Assembly (NCBI GenBank): GCA_029564465.1
Contig: JAKQPY010000225.1
Span: 28,936 to 92,935 of the forward strand
Direction of reading: 5' to 3'
Source: Bacteroidota bacterium
GTDB lineage: Bacteria; Bacteroidota; Bacteroidia; Bacteroidales; ML635J-15
DNA: 64,000 nt
Positions within the stretch are counted from its first letter, which is position 1; each line of letters opens with the position of its first letter. Under the pieces are notes generated by a model, which saw nothing but the letters and a program-made list of their open reading frames with translations, searched no databases and was not told where the DNA came from. Shown here piece after piece: positions 1 to 10,705 of the stretch. The translations under genes and the position numbers were made by a program.

Positions 1-2166
1 GACGAAAACATTGAACTTCTTGCCCTCGATTTATTGCGTCTCAGTCTCGATTCGGTGCGTTCCGAAGATCTTAGCATCGGAGAGGTGCAATACAACGACA
101 GCCTGTTGCTGGTGGAGATATCTCCTGCATTGCAGTCCGGCGATACGGTTCAATTGCGTGTGTATTATCATGGTACTCCAGTAATTGACCCTTCGGGCTG
201 GGGTGGATTTTATTTTAACGGGCAGCGGGCCTATAACCTTGGGGTTGGCTTCGAAGATATTCCACACAATTATGGTCGGGTTTGGTTCCCCTGTGTTGAT
301 AATTTTACCGACAGGGCTACTTACCGGTGCAAGATTACTGTGCTCGAAAACCATACGGCAGTTTGCGGTGGTTTGCTGATTAATACCGGAGACCCACAGG
401 ATGGCAAGCGAACTTTTGAGTGGTTTCTCGGCGACGAAATACCCACCTATCTGGCTTCGGTAGCTGTGGGAGAATATTCATTGGCCGAACACACCTATCA
501 TGGCATGGAACGCGATATACCGGTGCAGATATGGGTGTATCCCACACAGTTGAATTCTGTGGCCGGAACCTTTGTTCATCTCGACAGTATCGTGTCGATT
601 TATGAACACACCTTCGGGCCGTATGCCTGGGAACGCATCGGTTATGTATCGGTTCCCTTTAATTCGGGCGCCATGGAACATGCCACCAATATTTCGCTGC
701 CTTATTTTGCATTTTCGGGAAATACTTCGTACGAAGACCTGGTGGCTCACGAATTTGCCCACCACTGGTTTGGCGATCTGATTACCTGCTCAACCGCTGA
801 GGATATGTGGATTAACGAAGGCTGGGCTACCTACTGCGAATCGGTGTACCGTGAATTTTTGTACGGACGCACCAACATGCTGAATTACCGGCGCGAATAT
901 CATTCCGAGGTGCTGCGATATGCCCATATCGAAGATGGCAGTTTTCTTACACTAAACGACATTCCCATCGACCGTACTTACTGCACAACGGCCTACGAAA
1001 AAGGCGCCAGTGTAGCCCATGCACTCAGGGGGTATCTCGGCGACGATTTATTTTTCGGTGCGATAACCGCTTTTATCCAGGCCAATCGCTTCAACGATGT
1101 TTCATCCTACGAAATGCGCGACTTTCTTACCACCTATACAGGTATCGACATGAGCGACTGGTTTGATGCCTGGGTGTTTACACCGGGCTTTCCGCACTAT
1201 TCAATCGATTCGGTTACCACAGTCGAAAATGGCGGCGGTTATCAGTCCACGGTATATGTAAAGCAGAAAATGCGGGGGCGCAATTTCATGGCCAATTCCA
1301 ACAAAGTGCCGGTTTCGTTTCTCAATGCCCAATATAGCGACACCACCTGTTTTGTTTTTTTCGATGGCGAAACGGGCTCTGCTGTTTTTCAGCTGAACGA
1401 AGAGCCTAAACTGGTGATGTGCGATTACCACGAGACCATTTCGGATGCTACCATCGACCAGAACCTGTGGCTGAAAAACACGAATACCGTGAATTTGTCT
1501 CGCTTGTATGTGAGAATTAAACCCACACAGCTCAGTGCCGATTCTATTTATATCAGGATAACCCATAACTGGGTTCCACCCGATACCATGCAAACACAAA
1601 TTCCGGGTTTATTTCTGGCCAATAACCGCTTTTGGTTAATCGAAGGCGATTTTAACCAGCACAGTGTAATGAAAGGTGAATTTCAGTACGGTAACACTAC
1701 GGTATCCAGCCTCAATGGATATCTCGACAACGAGTTCATCAACAACAGCCTCGATTCGTTGGTGCTGATGTATCGGCTCGACCATGCCCATGAATGGCAG
1801 ATTGTTGAAAGCAGCAATTCGACAGTTCTCAAAAGGCTGACGACCGAAAACATGATACCGGGAGAATATGCCCTGGGTATTAAAAACTGGGATGCCTGGC
1901 TCACCGTTGCTTCGCGGCCTGAAGCGTCGTTTGCGGTATTTCCGAATCCTGCCTGCGATAGAATCAGTATCCGTTTCGAAAAAGAAGAAAGCGGCAAACT
2001 ACGTCTCTTCAATTCGCTGGGTGCACTGGTGTCGGAAGAATCGGTTGATAACGTGGCCAATTTTAGCATTTCGCTGAGCGGGTTACCCGACGGGGTTTAT
2101 TTTGTGCAATTCGACAACCGCCTGCGACAACAGGTAACTTATAACAAAATAATCATTTCGAGGTAG
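1..2166 (+). CDS. M1-family zinc aminopeptidase (aminopeptidase N-like) with a T9SS C-terminal sorting domain; 5' end lies outside the window
   Basis: The frame is open from base 1; the track start at 34 is a TTG. Motifs seen: GAMEH exopeptidase motif, HEFAHHWFGD (HExxH) and a downstream WINEGWATY glutamate, which together form the M1 gluzincin signature. The last ~80 aa (FPNPACDRISIRF...GVYFVQF...IIISR) resemble a T9SS type-A CTD. Confidence 0.9.
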   Translation, partial: DENIELLALDLLRLSLDSVRSEDLSIGEVQYNDSLLLVEISPALQSGDTVQLRVYYHGTPVIDPSGWGGFYFNGQRAYNLGVGFEDIPHNYGRVWFPCVDNFTDRATYRCKITVLENHTAVCGGLLINTGDPQDGKRTFEWFLGDEIPTYLASVAVGEYSLAEHTYHGMERDIPVQIWVYPTQLNSVAGTFVHLDSIVSIYEHTFGPYAWERIGYVSVPFNSGAMEHATNISLPYFAFSGNTSYEDLVAHEFAHHWFGDLITCSTAEDMWINEGWATYCESVYREFLYGRTNMLNYRREYHSEVLRYAHIEDGSFLTLNDIPIDRTYCTTAYEKGASVAHALRGYLGDDLFFGAITAFIQANRFNDVSSYEMRDFLTTYTGIDMSDWFDAWVFTPGFPHYSIDSVTTVENGGGYQSTVYVKQKMRGRNFMANSNKVPVSFLNAQYSDTTCFVFFDGETGSAVFQLNEEPKLVMCDYHETISDATIDQNLWLKNTNTVNLSRLYVRIKPTQLSADSIYIRITHNWVPPDTMQTQIPGLFLANNRFWLIEGDFNQHSVMKGEFQYGNTTVSSLNGYLDNEFINNSLDSLVLMYRLDHAHEWQIVESSNSTVLKRLTTENMIPGEYALGIKNWDAWLTVASRPEASFAVFPNPACDRISIRFEKEESGKLRLFNSLGALVSEESVDNVANFSISLSGLPDGVYFVQFDNRLRQQVTYNKIIISR

Positions 2167-2181
2167 GATTGCCTTTGCAAT

Positions 2182-3033
2182 CTATTCGCTAAGATATTCG
2201 CGTTCGAATGCGTCAATCATCGAACCACGGGTTTGGTTGATAATTCGTACTCCTCGCTTCTGTGAGTAGCTTTTTATAATGAAATAACTTTCGAAAGCAG
2301 TCATCATTGAATATAATATTGTATGAAGCGGTGCAGCCGGATTGTTTTTGAGAATATATTTCCCAGGCTTAGTATTCCCGCTATCATAAAAGTGCTGGTT
2401 GTTAACCATTGCTACGTTATTGTCATCCACATGAATTTGTGATAACCATGAATGGTCAACTCCCCAGAGGTAGATGTTTATAAATTGCAACCTCATGGCT
2501 ATCATAAGCGATGGAATAACCACATTGTGGGGTCGAGGCATACCCAGCATTTTCGAAAAACACCAATTACGAAAACCGGCAAACCCTTCGATGGCAGTGA
2601 CGTTGATGTACCGTATTTTGATATTGGAATTTTTTTCAATGTGTTTTTTCCACTGGGTGTGTTTTTGAGCATCAAACGGAAGATATAGTTGAATCGGCCA
2701 TCGGGTAGCGGCAATGTTTTCCCATAATACCGGACGTTTTTCGAGGGTGTCAATATCATTCGCATTGTCGTTATAAAACTTGAAATCAATCATCACGTAA
2801 TGCCTTGGTTGTAACTCAAAATAAGCATTGCTTAAGGCGAAGTAATTTACAGCAAACAATTCTTTATCCACTAAAAAGTCATGATGTTTTTCGAGCATTA
2901 ATTTCAACGAAGGACCGTTTCCTAAAATGACTGCATCAGTTTTTTCAGCTACGGCAAAAGACAAATTATGCCGGGTTAGAAACACCAGTTTAAAAAGACT
3001 TTGAATGGTTTTAAGAAGCTTGGTAACCCACAT
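2182..3033 (-). CDS. Hypothetical protein; possible nonulosonic-acid-type glycosyltransferase (GT42 / DUF115 MptE-like)
   Basis: ATG at 3033 (TTG at 3039). The N-terminal AVILGNGPSLK motif matches my memory of CstII-type sialyltransferases and Maf/DUF115 proteins; a GVDHSW motif follows later. The assignment rests on motifs only. Confidence 0.45.
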   Translation of the reverse strand: MWVTKLLKTIQSLFKLVFLTRHNLSFAVAEKTDAVILGNGPSLKLMLEKHHDFLVDKELFAVNYFALSNAYFELQPRHYVMIDFKFYNDNANDIDTLEKRPVLWENIAATRWPIQLYLPFDAQKHTQWKKHIEKNSNIKIRYINVTAIEGFAGFRNWCFSKMLGMPRPHNVVIPSLMIAMRLQFINIYLWGVDHSWLSQIHVDDNNVAMVNNQHFYDSGNTKPGKYILKNNPAAPLHTILYSMMTAFESYFIIKSYSQKRGVRIINQTRGSMIDAFEREYLSE

Positions 3034-3205
3034 GTGCAATGTTTTTTTATTACAATATTACGTAAATATTTTCTTTTTGGTGTTTTGTTCAAAAAAAATT
3101 AGACTTGTGGTTGATTGATAAAAAGGTTAAATTTGTATGTATTATATTGTATAAATATAAAACGTGGTATTATTTATTGGTTAAAGATAATTCTACAACT
3201 ATAAT

Positions 3206-4954
3206 ATGAAAAAACTTTTACTAATTTTTGGAGTGCTTTTTAGTTATTATTCAGGAGCACAGGAGAACACAGCTAATCATTGGTATTTTGGAATAAATAG
3301 TGGAATTTCGTTTTCCACGGGCATGGCAAAGGGAATATTGGGAGGCCAAATTACGGGACTTGAAGGTTGTGCAACCGTTGGAGACATGAGTGGAAATTTG
3401 TTGTTTTACACCGATGGACAAGTAATTTATGACTGCAATCACGAAGTAATGCAAAACGGAGAGGGAATTTTAGGACACTGGAGTTCATCTCAATCTTCGA
3501 TAATCATTAAGAAACCCGGCTCTTCAACTCAATATTATGTATTTACCACGGATGCGGCTGAGCACCACCTCGTGAATAATTGGAGATATTCTATTGTTGA
3601 TATGTCTTTAAATTGGGGACTTGGGGCTGTTACTGAGGTTAAAAATGTAATTCTTGAAGATGCTGTTACCGAAAAACAAATAGCAGTGATGCACCAGAAT
3701 AATATCAACGTATGGATTATTGGGCATCGCTGGAATTCGAATGAGTTTGTCGCATACGAAATTACGCCCGAAGGAATAAATTCAACTCCAGTGGTCAGTG
3801 CAATAGGGGTAGTTCATCAGGGTGGTTATTCCCCAAACCCTGATTATAATAATTGGGCAAATGCTGCTGGTGCAATGAAAACAAATAAAGATGGAAATAA
3901 AATTGCCCTTGCCATACATAAAATGGGAATTTATGAGTTGTTCAATTTTGATAAATCATCGGGTGTCGTTTCGAATTGCCGCACATCACAAACCTACGAA
4001 AATGTTTATGGTGTTGAGTTCTCTCCGGATGGGACCAAGTTATATGCAACTTGTGATATTTACACCACTTCAAGACTGTTTCAGTTTAATTTGTCACAAT
4101 CTAATCCTTTTTCGAACCCGGTTACTATTTCGATGGAGAGTTCTCATCAAAATCAGGGAATGCAGCTTGGTCCAAATGCGAAAATTTATGTTACACGCTA
4201 TGAGGGAGAATATATTGCTGTAATAAATGATCCTGACAGCCTTGGATATGCCTGTAATTACGAATCGAATGCTGTTTATTTGCTTGGAGAAACCGGTCGG
4301 CGTAGTTTGCCCAGTATATTTTTTTATAAGGGTTTTGAATTTTTTACAGGTTCAGAACAAACCATTTCAATCTGCGATGGAGACAGCATTTTTTTGCAAA
4401 ATGCATGGCAGTACAACGAAGGGGATTTTGTTGACACGCTGAATTCAAGCCAAAGCTGGGACAGTATTGTAACCACTCACCTTATCCTGATACCGGCTCC
4501 TGAACAACCACTCATTACTGAAGTTAATGGTGTACTATATTGCGAAACTACCGCTCAGAATTATCAGTGGTATCGTAATGGAGTTCCCATTGCCGGCGCA
4601 ATTGCACCTTTGTATCAGCCTTTTATTTCTGGTAATTACAGTGTCGAAGTGTATGAAGATAATAGTCAATGCCATGTGTTTTCTGATGAATATATTTTCA
4701 TTTATTTAACCGTTGAACCGAATCTTTTAAACCAACCTGTTATTTTGCCAAATCCTATCCTCAATTCTTTTACAGTAGAATTTGAGGGTAATTGTCATTT
4801 ATTTTTAATTGATGTTCATGGTGGTATTTGCTACGAATCGAAACATCAACAAGGTCTTAGCCAGCACAATGTTTTCCAGTTGCCATCAGGTATTTACATT
4901 TTAAAGATGATAAATGATAATTTTGTTTGGCACACAAAAATCATCAAAGAGTAA
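3206..4954 (+). CDS. Secreted protein of unknown function with a T9SS type-A C-terminal sorting domain
   Basis: Signal peptide MKKLLLIFGVLFSYYSGAQ. An N-terminal NHWYFG...LLFYTDG region looks like a beta-propeller. The C-terminus (LPNPILNSFTVEF...GIYILKMINDNFVWHTKIIKE) is CTD-like. Confidence 0.75.
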   Translation: MKKLLLIFGVLFSYYSGAQENTANHWYFGINSGISFSTGMAKGILGGQITGLEGCATVGDMSGNLLFYTDGQVIYDCNHEVMQNGEGILGHWSSSQSSIIIKKPGSSTQYYVFTTDAAEHHLVNNWRYSIVDMSLNWGLGAVTEVKNVILEDAVTEKQIAVMHQNNINVWIIGHRWNSNEFVAYEITPEGINSTPVVSAIGVVHQGGYSPNPDYNNWANAAGAMKTNKDGNKIALAIHKMGIYELFNFDKSSGVVSNCRTSQTYENVYGVEFSPDGTKLYATCDIYTTSRLFQFNLSQSNPFSNPVTISMESSHQNQGMQLGPNAKIYVTRYEGEYIAVINDPDSLGYACNYESNAVYLLGETGRRSLPSIFFYKGFEFFTGSEQTISICDGDSIFLQNAWQYNEGDFVDTLNSSQSWDSIVTTHLILIPAPEQPLITEVNGVLYCETTAQNYQWYRNGVPIAGAIAPLYQPFISGNYSVEVYEDNSQCHVFSDEYIFIYLTVEPNLLNQPVILPNPILNSFTVEFEGNCHLFLIDVHGGICYESKHQQGLSQHNVFQLPSGIYILKMINDNFVWHTKIIKE

Positions 4955-4969
4955 CATCAAATTTTAAGC

Positions 4970-5686
4970 TTACTCCCCCACTTTTTGAACGAAATAATGC
5001 GGGTTTTGTTTAATCACCCTGTATTTTCCTGATTTCAGGGCTTCGATGGCCACATAGCGCGAACCCCAGCGGGTGTAACCGGCCGAGTCGTCAAACAGAA
5101 TGAAGCCTCCCGGAATGAGTATGCTGTCAACATTTTCGAAATCGCGCTTGGCGTAGTCGTATTGGTGGTTTCCGTCGATATAGGCAAAAGCAATCTTCCC
5201 GGCCGGTTTTGTGGTGTTCCCGAATAAGTCGGTCTGTTCAGCTTGGCCGTTCCACCACGCAAAAAAGTCGTCCGATGGAAAATCGTACGAAAATATCGGT
5301 GCATCAGGGTTAAAAAACCGGGTGTTGCGCACAAACGATTCTTTCAGAAAACCCGACAGGCTGCATGGGTCTTTCAGGTAACAAATGTTTTCGTCGTGTT
5401 GTATGTCGCGCAGGTACCAATCGGTGGTGTACAGGACATTGTTTTTTTTGTGCTTTTTCAGAAAATACAACATTACATTGGTCGACAAGCCCGCAAAAGT
5501 TCCTATTTCGAGGATCGGATAGTTTTCAGGAATATTTTTTATGGCATAATCGAAACAATAAATATGACCTTTTTCGAGCCAGCCGGGAATGCATGGCAAC
5601 ATGCGTTGCAGACCCGGTTCATTCAGTATTATGGGTTTGTGTCGTAAATAATAAATGGCTTTTCTGATAAAATAGGATGCTTGCAT
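4970..5686 (-). CDS. Class I SAM-dependent methyltransferase (Methyltransf_24-like)
   Basis: ILEIGTFAGLST is a glycine-rich motif I. IDGNHQYDYAKRDF and FILFDD resemble the O-methyltransferase / cephalosporin-hydroxylase-like family. Confidence 0.65.
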   Translation of the reverse strand: MQASYFIRKAIYYLRHKPIILNEPGLQRMLPCIPGWLEKGHIYCFDYAIKNIPENYPILEIGTFAGLSTNVMLYFLKKHKKNNVLYTTDWYLRDIQHDENICYLKDPCSLSGFLKESFVRNTRFFNPDAPIFSYDFPSDDFFAWWNGQAEQTDLFGNTTKPAGKIAFAYIDGNHQYDYAKRDFENVDSILIPGGFILFDDSAGYTRWGSRYVAIEALKSGKYRVIKQNPHYFVQKVGE

Positions 5687-5727
5687 TGGGCGTCTTTAAT
5701 TAATAATTCAAAAATACATCCTTTTTT

Positions 5728-6657
5728 TCAATTGAAAACTATGTAGAAATAGGCCAGATAAAAAACGATGAGAATTAAACCTTTCCAACGGCTTAATACC
5801 GGACGCTTCAGGGGGATGAAACACAATCCCAGTAAAAGCACAATGCCAATGGCAACGGGAATATCGATGTGTAGCATTTGTGGGCTGACACCTACCGGAT
5901 TAATAATAGACGCTATTCCCAGTATCCCGAAAATATTGAAAATATTAGACCCAATCAGGTTGCCAACCGAAATGTCCATTTGTTTGCGAAATGCGGCTAC
6001 CAGCGAGGTTGCCAGTTCGGGCACACTGGTGCCGAAAGCCACGATGGTCAACGATATCACTCTTTCGCTTACGCCCAGAGCCTCAGCCAGTCCGATGGCA
6101 CCACGAATCATAAAATTGGCACCATAAACTAGACCAGTAACACCCAAGCCCAATAATACCAAAGAAAACACAAGATTATATGATTTCGTGTTTTCCGCAT
6201 CAATAGGGGCGTTCGATTTTTTTGCTCGGCGCCAAAGTAAATATATAAACAAAGGCAGTGCTGATAAGAGAATAATTCCCTCCCAGCGCTCTATCGACGA
6301 ATTGAGCGAAAAAGCAAAAACCATCAGGCTGGCTAATAACATGACAGGCCACGTAAAATTTACCGTTTCTTTATTTACCGGTATTGAAATAACCAAAGCC
6401 GTTAACCCTAATATCATACTGATGTTCGCAATATTTGAGCCGATTACGTTACCCATAGCCATATCGGGGAGACCACTCATGGATGCTTTTACGCTTACCA
6501 TAAGTTCAGGTGCTGAGGTGCCTATCGAAACAATGGTCATACCTACAATAAGCGGCGACAGTTTAAGTCTGGACGAAAGCGAAACACTGCTTCGCACCAG
6601 CCAATCACCACCCAAAAGCAAGGCAAACAAACCGCCTATCAACATCAGCAGATTCAT
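5728..6657 (-). CDS. Ca2+/Na+ antiporter, CaCA family (YrbG-like)
   Basis: A multi-TM protein with two alpha-repeat motifs, GTSAPEL...GNVIGSNIANI and GTSVPELATS...GNLIGSNIFNI. Confidence 0.9.
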   Translation of the reverse strand: MNLLMLIGGLFALLLGGDWLVRSSVSLSSRLKLSPLIVGMTIVSIGTSAPELMVSVKASMSGLPDMAMGNVIGSNIANISMILGLTALVISIPVNKETVNFTWPVMLLASLMVFAFSLNSSIERWEGIILLSALPLFIYLLWRRAKKSNAPIDAENTKSYNLVFSLVLLGLGVTGLVYGANFMIRGAIGLAEALGVSERVISLTIVAFGTSVPELATSLVAAFRKQMDISVGNLIGSNIFNIFGILGIASIINPVGVSPQMLHIDIPVAIGIVLLLGLCFIPLKRPVLSRWKGLILIVFYLAYFYIVFN

Positions 6658-6771
6658 ATCGTGTTGATTTTACCTTTCAAAATTACAAATAAAGATGAAT
6701 GTATTATTATATTGTAAAAAAAAATCCCGAACCAGTTTTCTTAGTCCGGGATTTATAAACGTTTACTTCGG

Positions 6772-8019
6772 TTATTCCCAGGCTACCACCACATTGTCGA
6801 GGTAGAAATCGCCGGTTGCACCCGAAAGGCCGCTGTATTTGAAAGCAATATACACGTTGCCCGAGTAAGCCGAAATGTCGATATTCCCTGATGAGGTTTC
6901 GTTGGAATTTGTTGCAATGCTTGCCGTAAGTTGTGTCCAGGTTGCTGTTTCAGGACTGTTACCACCATCATAGTCTGTCGAAATGTAAACTTTGAGTTCT
7001 GCCCCCAAAATATTCAGGGCACGGGTTACAAATGTCAGGTATTCGTTCGAGGAAGCATCCAGGTTTACTGCAGGGGTTATCAGCCAGGCTACATTGTCGC
7101 CGGTACCGCTTATCTTGGCGCGGGCATCAATTCCGTTGTTTTGGCCCAGCCAAACCGCACTACCGGTAGTGGCAATATTTTTCCAGCCACTCAGCGCAAC
7201 GGTTTCGTTGTTCACCACCGAAGAAAAATCCTGTTCGAGCAGTGCATTATATTCTCCGCAACGCAGATGGTCAAATTCAACTTCCTCGGTACTTCTGATG
7301 TACAATTGCCAGTCGTCGCGGTACTGACCCACAATGGCAATGATACTTCCTTTACCTTCGGGCACAATGGATCCGGCAAAGCTGGCATAGCCACTGGTGC
7401 GCACAATCATGGTGTTGCCATCGCAATCTTCTATCGTGCGGTTGATGGTGGCCAGGGTTAGCGGGTCGGCATACTTCTGACCCACATCGGTTTGAATAAA
7501 CTGTACATTATTGATTTTTACCAGTTTTGCCTGATAATTTCCGGTCATAATCTGACCGATGGTCACTTCTTCGGGTTCCCGGTTCCGCAACGTAGCCTGC
7601 TTGATGATGTTTTTATCGACATCAACCGAATCAAGTTGCAGCATATTCTGGTACGAACTCAACACGGTTCCTTTAAGGTAAATGCGCACCGAGTCGCCTT
7701 CGTAAATTCCACCCGACGACAGTAACCTGAGGTTGATGGCCCCGGTTTCGTCCTGTACATATGCTGCTTTGTAAATATTTCCCGATTTGTCATCCATGGT
7801 AACCACACCGTAAACCGAAAAATCACCGGTGAATTTATACAAGGTGGCATTGGGTACGTTGATGATACTGTCGATATACATATCCCTGATTTGCCCTATG
7901 GTGAGCACATTGCCTTCGGGGATTACATTCAGGGGCGGTTCATCGAAATTTTCGTGAATGCACGAGCTTAATCCCAAAAGCATTAAAAACGATAACGATA
8001 CTAAAGCACTGTTTTTCAT
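6772..8019 (-). CDS. Surface lipoprotein partner of the adjacent TonB-dependent receptor (DUF5689-like OB-fold region plus choice-of-anchor-J-like C-terminus)
   Basis: Lipobox-like LGLSSC. It lies directly downstream of the TBDR on the same strand. The family name is recalled from memory and not verified. Confidence 0.55.
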   Translation of the reverse strand: MKNSALVSLSFLMLLGLSSCIHENFDEPPLNVIPEGNVLTIGQIRDMYIDSIINVPNATLYKFTGDFSVYGVVTMDDKSGNIYKAAYVQDETGAINLRLLSSGGIYEGDSVRIYLKGTVLSSYQNMLQLDSVDVDKNIIKQATLRNREPEEVTIGQIMTGNYQAKLVKINNVQFIQTDVGQKYADPLTLATINRTIEDCDGNTMIVRTSGYASFAGSIVPEGKGSIIAIVGQYRDDWQLYIRSTEEVEFDHLRCGEYNALLEQDFSSVVNNETVALSGWKNIATTGSAVWLGQNNGIDARAKISGTGDNVAWLITPAVNLDASSNEYLTFVTRALNILGAELKVYISTDYDGGNSPETATWTQLTASIATNSNETSSGNIDISAYSGNVYIAFKYSGLSGATGDFYLDNVVVAWE

Positions 8020-8040
8020 ATTGAGTAATTTATAAATGAC

Positions 8041-10557
8041 TTAAAATCTGTAATACACATTCAGCATATATGTCCTTCCGTACATATACATATATTTCGA
8101 CGGGAATTTGTTCACATCGCCCTGATCGTAACGAAGTTGTTCAAATCCGCGGGTAACATTGTCTTTTTTGTTGAGGATGTTGTCGACACTTAGGGTAAAG
8201 CCCAGGTAATTTCCACTGATTCTCCATGATTTGCCACCCCAGATATCGATGGTGTAGGCGGGGTCAAGTTTTTCCTGATCGAGAATCTGCCTCCACTGAG
8301 GGTCGGTAACAACAAAGCTTGTCAGGGCTTCAGCAGTGCGACGTTCAGGGTTTATATCCACATAATTTTCGTCGAAATAATTGGCATTCACTCCAACAAA
8401 CCAATACTTCGGAGCATTATATTTAAAACCAACAGATCCGGCCAGTTCAGGAGCTCCGCCAACATGATAGTTTTTCATGTACACTGTTCTGTTCGAAGCC
8501 AGTACTTCGGAACTGTTATCCTGTGCTATGGTAACCAGAGGGCGCGAGTTATACAGGTAACGACCGTATCCGAAGGCAGCCTGAATGTTGATGGTTGCGC
8601 TTACTTTTACTTCGATGCCAAACTCTCCTCCGTAGTGCCGTTTATCCATTCCGGTCATTACATAATTCACAAATGTGCGCAATTCGTCGTGATAGAAACT
8701 CTTGATTTCGGTCTGGTCACGAAACTCGGAGTAGAAACCTGTAATGCGCGCTTTCACAACCGGCGAGCGGTACACATAGCTCAGGTCGCCCGTGAAAACG
8801 GTTTCCGAAGTAATTGAGTCAACCACATAATCGCGGGTACGTGGCGATATGTATATGTTGTCGAAATAAGGTGCCCGGGTTCCATAAGAACCATTGATAA
8901 CCACAAAGTTTCTCCCGTCGAGTTTAACCGTCAGTCCGGCTTTAGTCTGATAATTGAAGAAATTGTAGTGTTCCGAATCGCCTTTCGAATTGTTGGGGTA
9001 CATCCCGTTACGCATAAGGCCTGTACGATAGAATCCGCTGTAAGCCAAATCGATTCCTGCATAGAAATCAAGTCTTTTGTAGGTAAATCCGGCCTGACCA
9101 AAAGCGTGAGCTGTGTTGATATTGGCAATGTAATCGTAGCCGAATTTATCGCCAACACCCACCGGACGGTTTACATTGTCGAGGTCGGCTTGAGCCGAAG
9201 TATCGTTAAAAAAGTCGCGTTCGGCAAACTGGTCTATATCGAGCCACCAATCGGCGCCCAACAGATCGGAAACAATTTTATAGTTTTCGCCTTTGTAAAT
9301 CACAGCATCTATACCGGCAACCACGCGGATGTTTTCGTTAATCTGGTCGTTATACACCGAATTGAAATTAAATTTCGACACATCGGTGCGGCGTTCTTCA
9401 ACCATATATTTTGCCCTGTTTCCGGTAAGGTTTTGCCCTTCGATGCCATTTACATTGAGTATGGTGAATAAATTCTTGCGATTGGCATCGTAAAATCCGT
9501 CCCAGTCTAACTGACGGAAGTTTTCGTCCTCGCGCCATTCGTCGGCCAGATAGTTGGCCATAAATTCATTTTCGTTGGTGTAGTAACTGGGCAGGTAGCG
9601 GTAGTAATCGGGGCGCGGGTCGGCAGAGTCGTACCAGTTGAGCGATGTAGCGCCACCTTTACCGAACATGTAGAGCACCGAAGTGGTGAGTTTTTTGAAT
9701 TCATCAATTTTCCAGTAATGCGTAAGCATCAGGTTGGGCTGATGATAATTGTTAACCCGTGCATTACGCACTTTGCCGTTTTGATAACCCCAGTTGCTGT
9801 TGTAATAATTGTTTCCGGTAAGGTCATACACTTCCTGAGTGGAAACGCTGCTGCGTCCGCGCCGGCTGGGTGATGCAAACCCAGTAAAACCAATACTGTG
9901 GTGACTGTTCAGCACTTTTTCGGCGCTTACAAAGTACGCCCAGGCATCGTAGAACGTTCCCTGAGTGTATCCCTCAACTGCCCAACGGCGGGACCCCGAA
10001 ACGGTAAATGCCCATCCGTTTTCTAATAAACCCGTCGAATGGGTGAACATGACGCGGTGGCGGTAACTTTTATTGCCAATAGAATATGAAACTTTGGTTT
10101 GCGGAGTGTATTGCGATGCACGGGTAAGGATATTGGTCATCCCGCCAATGTCGCCGAACCCTTCGCTCGAAAACGAAAGCCCGTTTAATTCAACCTGTGA
10201 ACGGGTGGCATCATTCAGTCCGCCCCAGTTGCTCCAGAAAGCGCGGCCCGTTTGCGGGTCGTTGGCTGAAACACCGTTTATCAATACAGAATAATACTCG
10301 CTGTTGTATCCCCTGATACGATAGAATGCCTGCCCGAAAGTATATCCGGCTACCGATACATACACGTCGTCCGACGATTGGAGCAATCCGCTGATATCCT
10401 GCGATTGGGCATCGTTCTGTATGTCGGAATCAGTGAGCGAAATTACCGGAATGTTCGTCGGTTTCTGGGTTTCGGTAATGGTATCCTTGGTGTTTTGCGC
10501 TTTAATAAGCCCTGCCCCGGCAAACACAGCGAGGCAAAAAATCAAAAACTTCTTCAT
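8041..10557 (-). CDS. TonB-dependent outer-membrane receptor
   Basis: Signal peptide, plug-like N-terminal region and a long beta-barrel rich in Y/G/N. The C-terminal ...MLNVYYRF ends in an aromatic residue. ATG at 10557 (TTG at 10560). Confidence 0.85.
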   Translation of the reverse strand: MKKFLIFCLAVFAGAGLIKAQNTKDTITETQKPTNIPVISLTDSDIQNDAQSQDISGLLQSSDDVYVSVAGYTFGQAFYRIRGYNSEYYSVLINGVSANDPQTGRAFWSNWGGLNDATRSQVELNGLSFSSEGFGDIGGMTNILTRASQYTPQTKVSYSIGNKSYRHRVMFTHSTGLLENGWAFTVSGSRRWAVEGYTQGTFYDAWAYFVSAEKVLNSHHSIGFTGFASPSRRGRSSVSTQEVYDLTGNNYYNSNWGYQNGKVRNARVNNYHQPNLMLTHYWKIDEFKKLTTSVLYMFGKGGATSLNWYDSADPRPDYYRYLPSYYTNENEFMANYLADEWREDENFRQLDWDGFYDANRKNLFTILNVNGIEGQNLTGNRAKYMVEERRTDVSKFNFNSVYNDQINENIRVVAGIDAVIYKGENYKIVSDLLGADWWLDIDQFAERDFFNDTSAQADLDNVNRPVGVGDKFGYDYIANINTAHAFGQAGFTYKRLDFYAGIDLAYSGFYRTGLMRNGMYPNNSKGDSEHYNFFNYQTKAGLTVKLDGRNFVVINGSYGTRAPYFDNIYISPRTRDYVVDSITSETVFTGDLSYVYRSPVVKARITGFYSEFRDQTEIKSFYHDELRTFVNYVMTGMDKRHYGGEFGIEVKVSATINIQAAFGYGRYLYNSRPLVTIAQDNSSEVLASNRTVYMKNYHVGGAPELAGSVGFKYNAPKYWFVGVNANYFDENYVDINPERRTAEALTSFVVTDPQWRQILDQEKLDPAYTIDIWGGKSWRISGNYLGFTLSVDNILNKKDNVTRGFEQLRYDQGDVNKFPSKYMYMYGRTYMLNVYYRF

Positions 10558-10705
10558 CAAAAAACAATTAGTTTAGCCTGCAAAAATAAGCAATATTACC
10601 ATACCATAATAATTGAAAAATAGTTTTTTACAACCTGACTTTGGCTTAGCGAATTTCAGTTTATACGGATAATATTGTAGCTTTGAAGGATAAATCATTA
10701 TCAAT

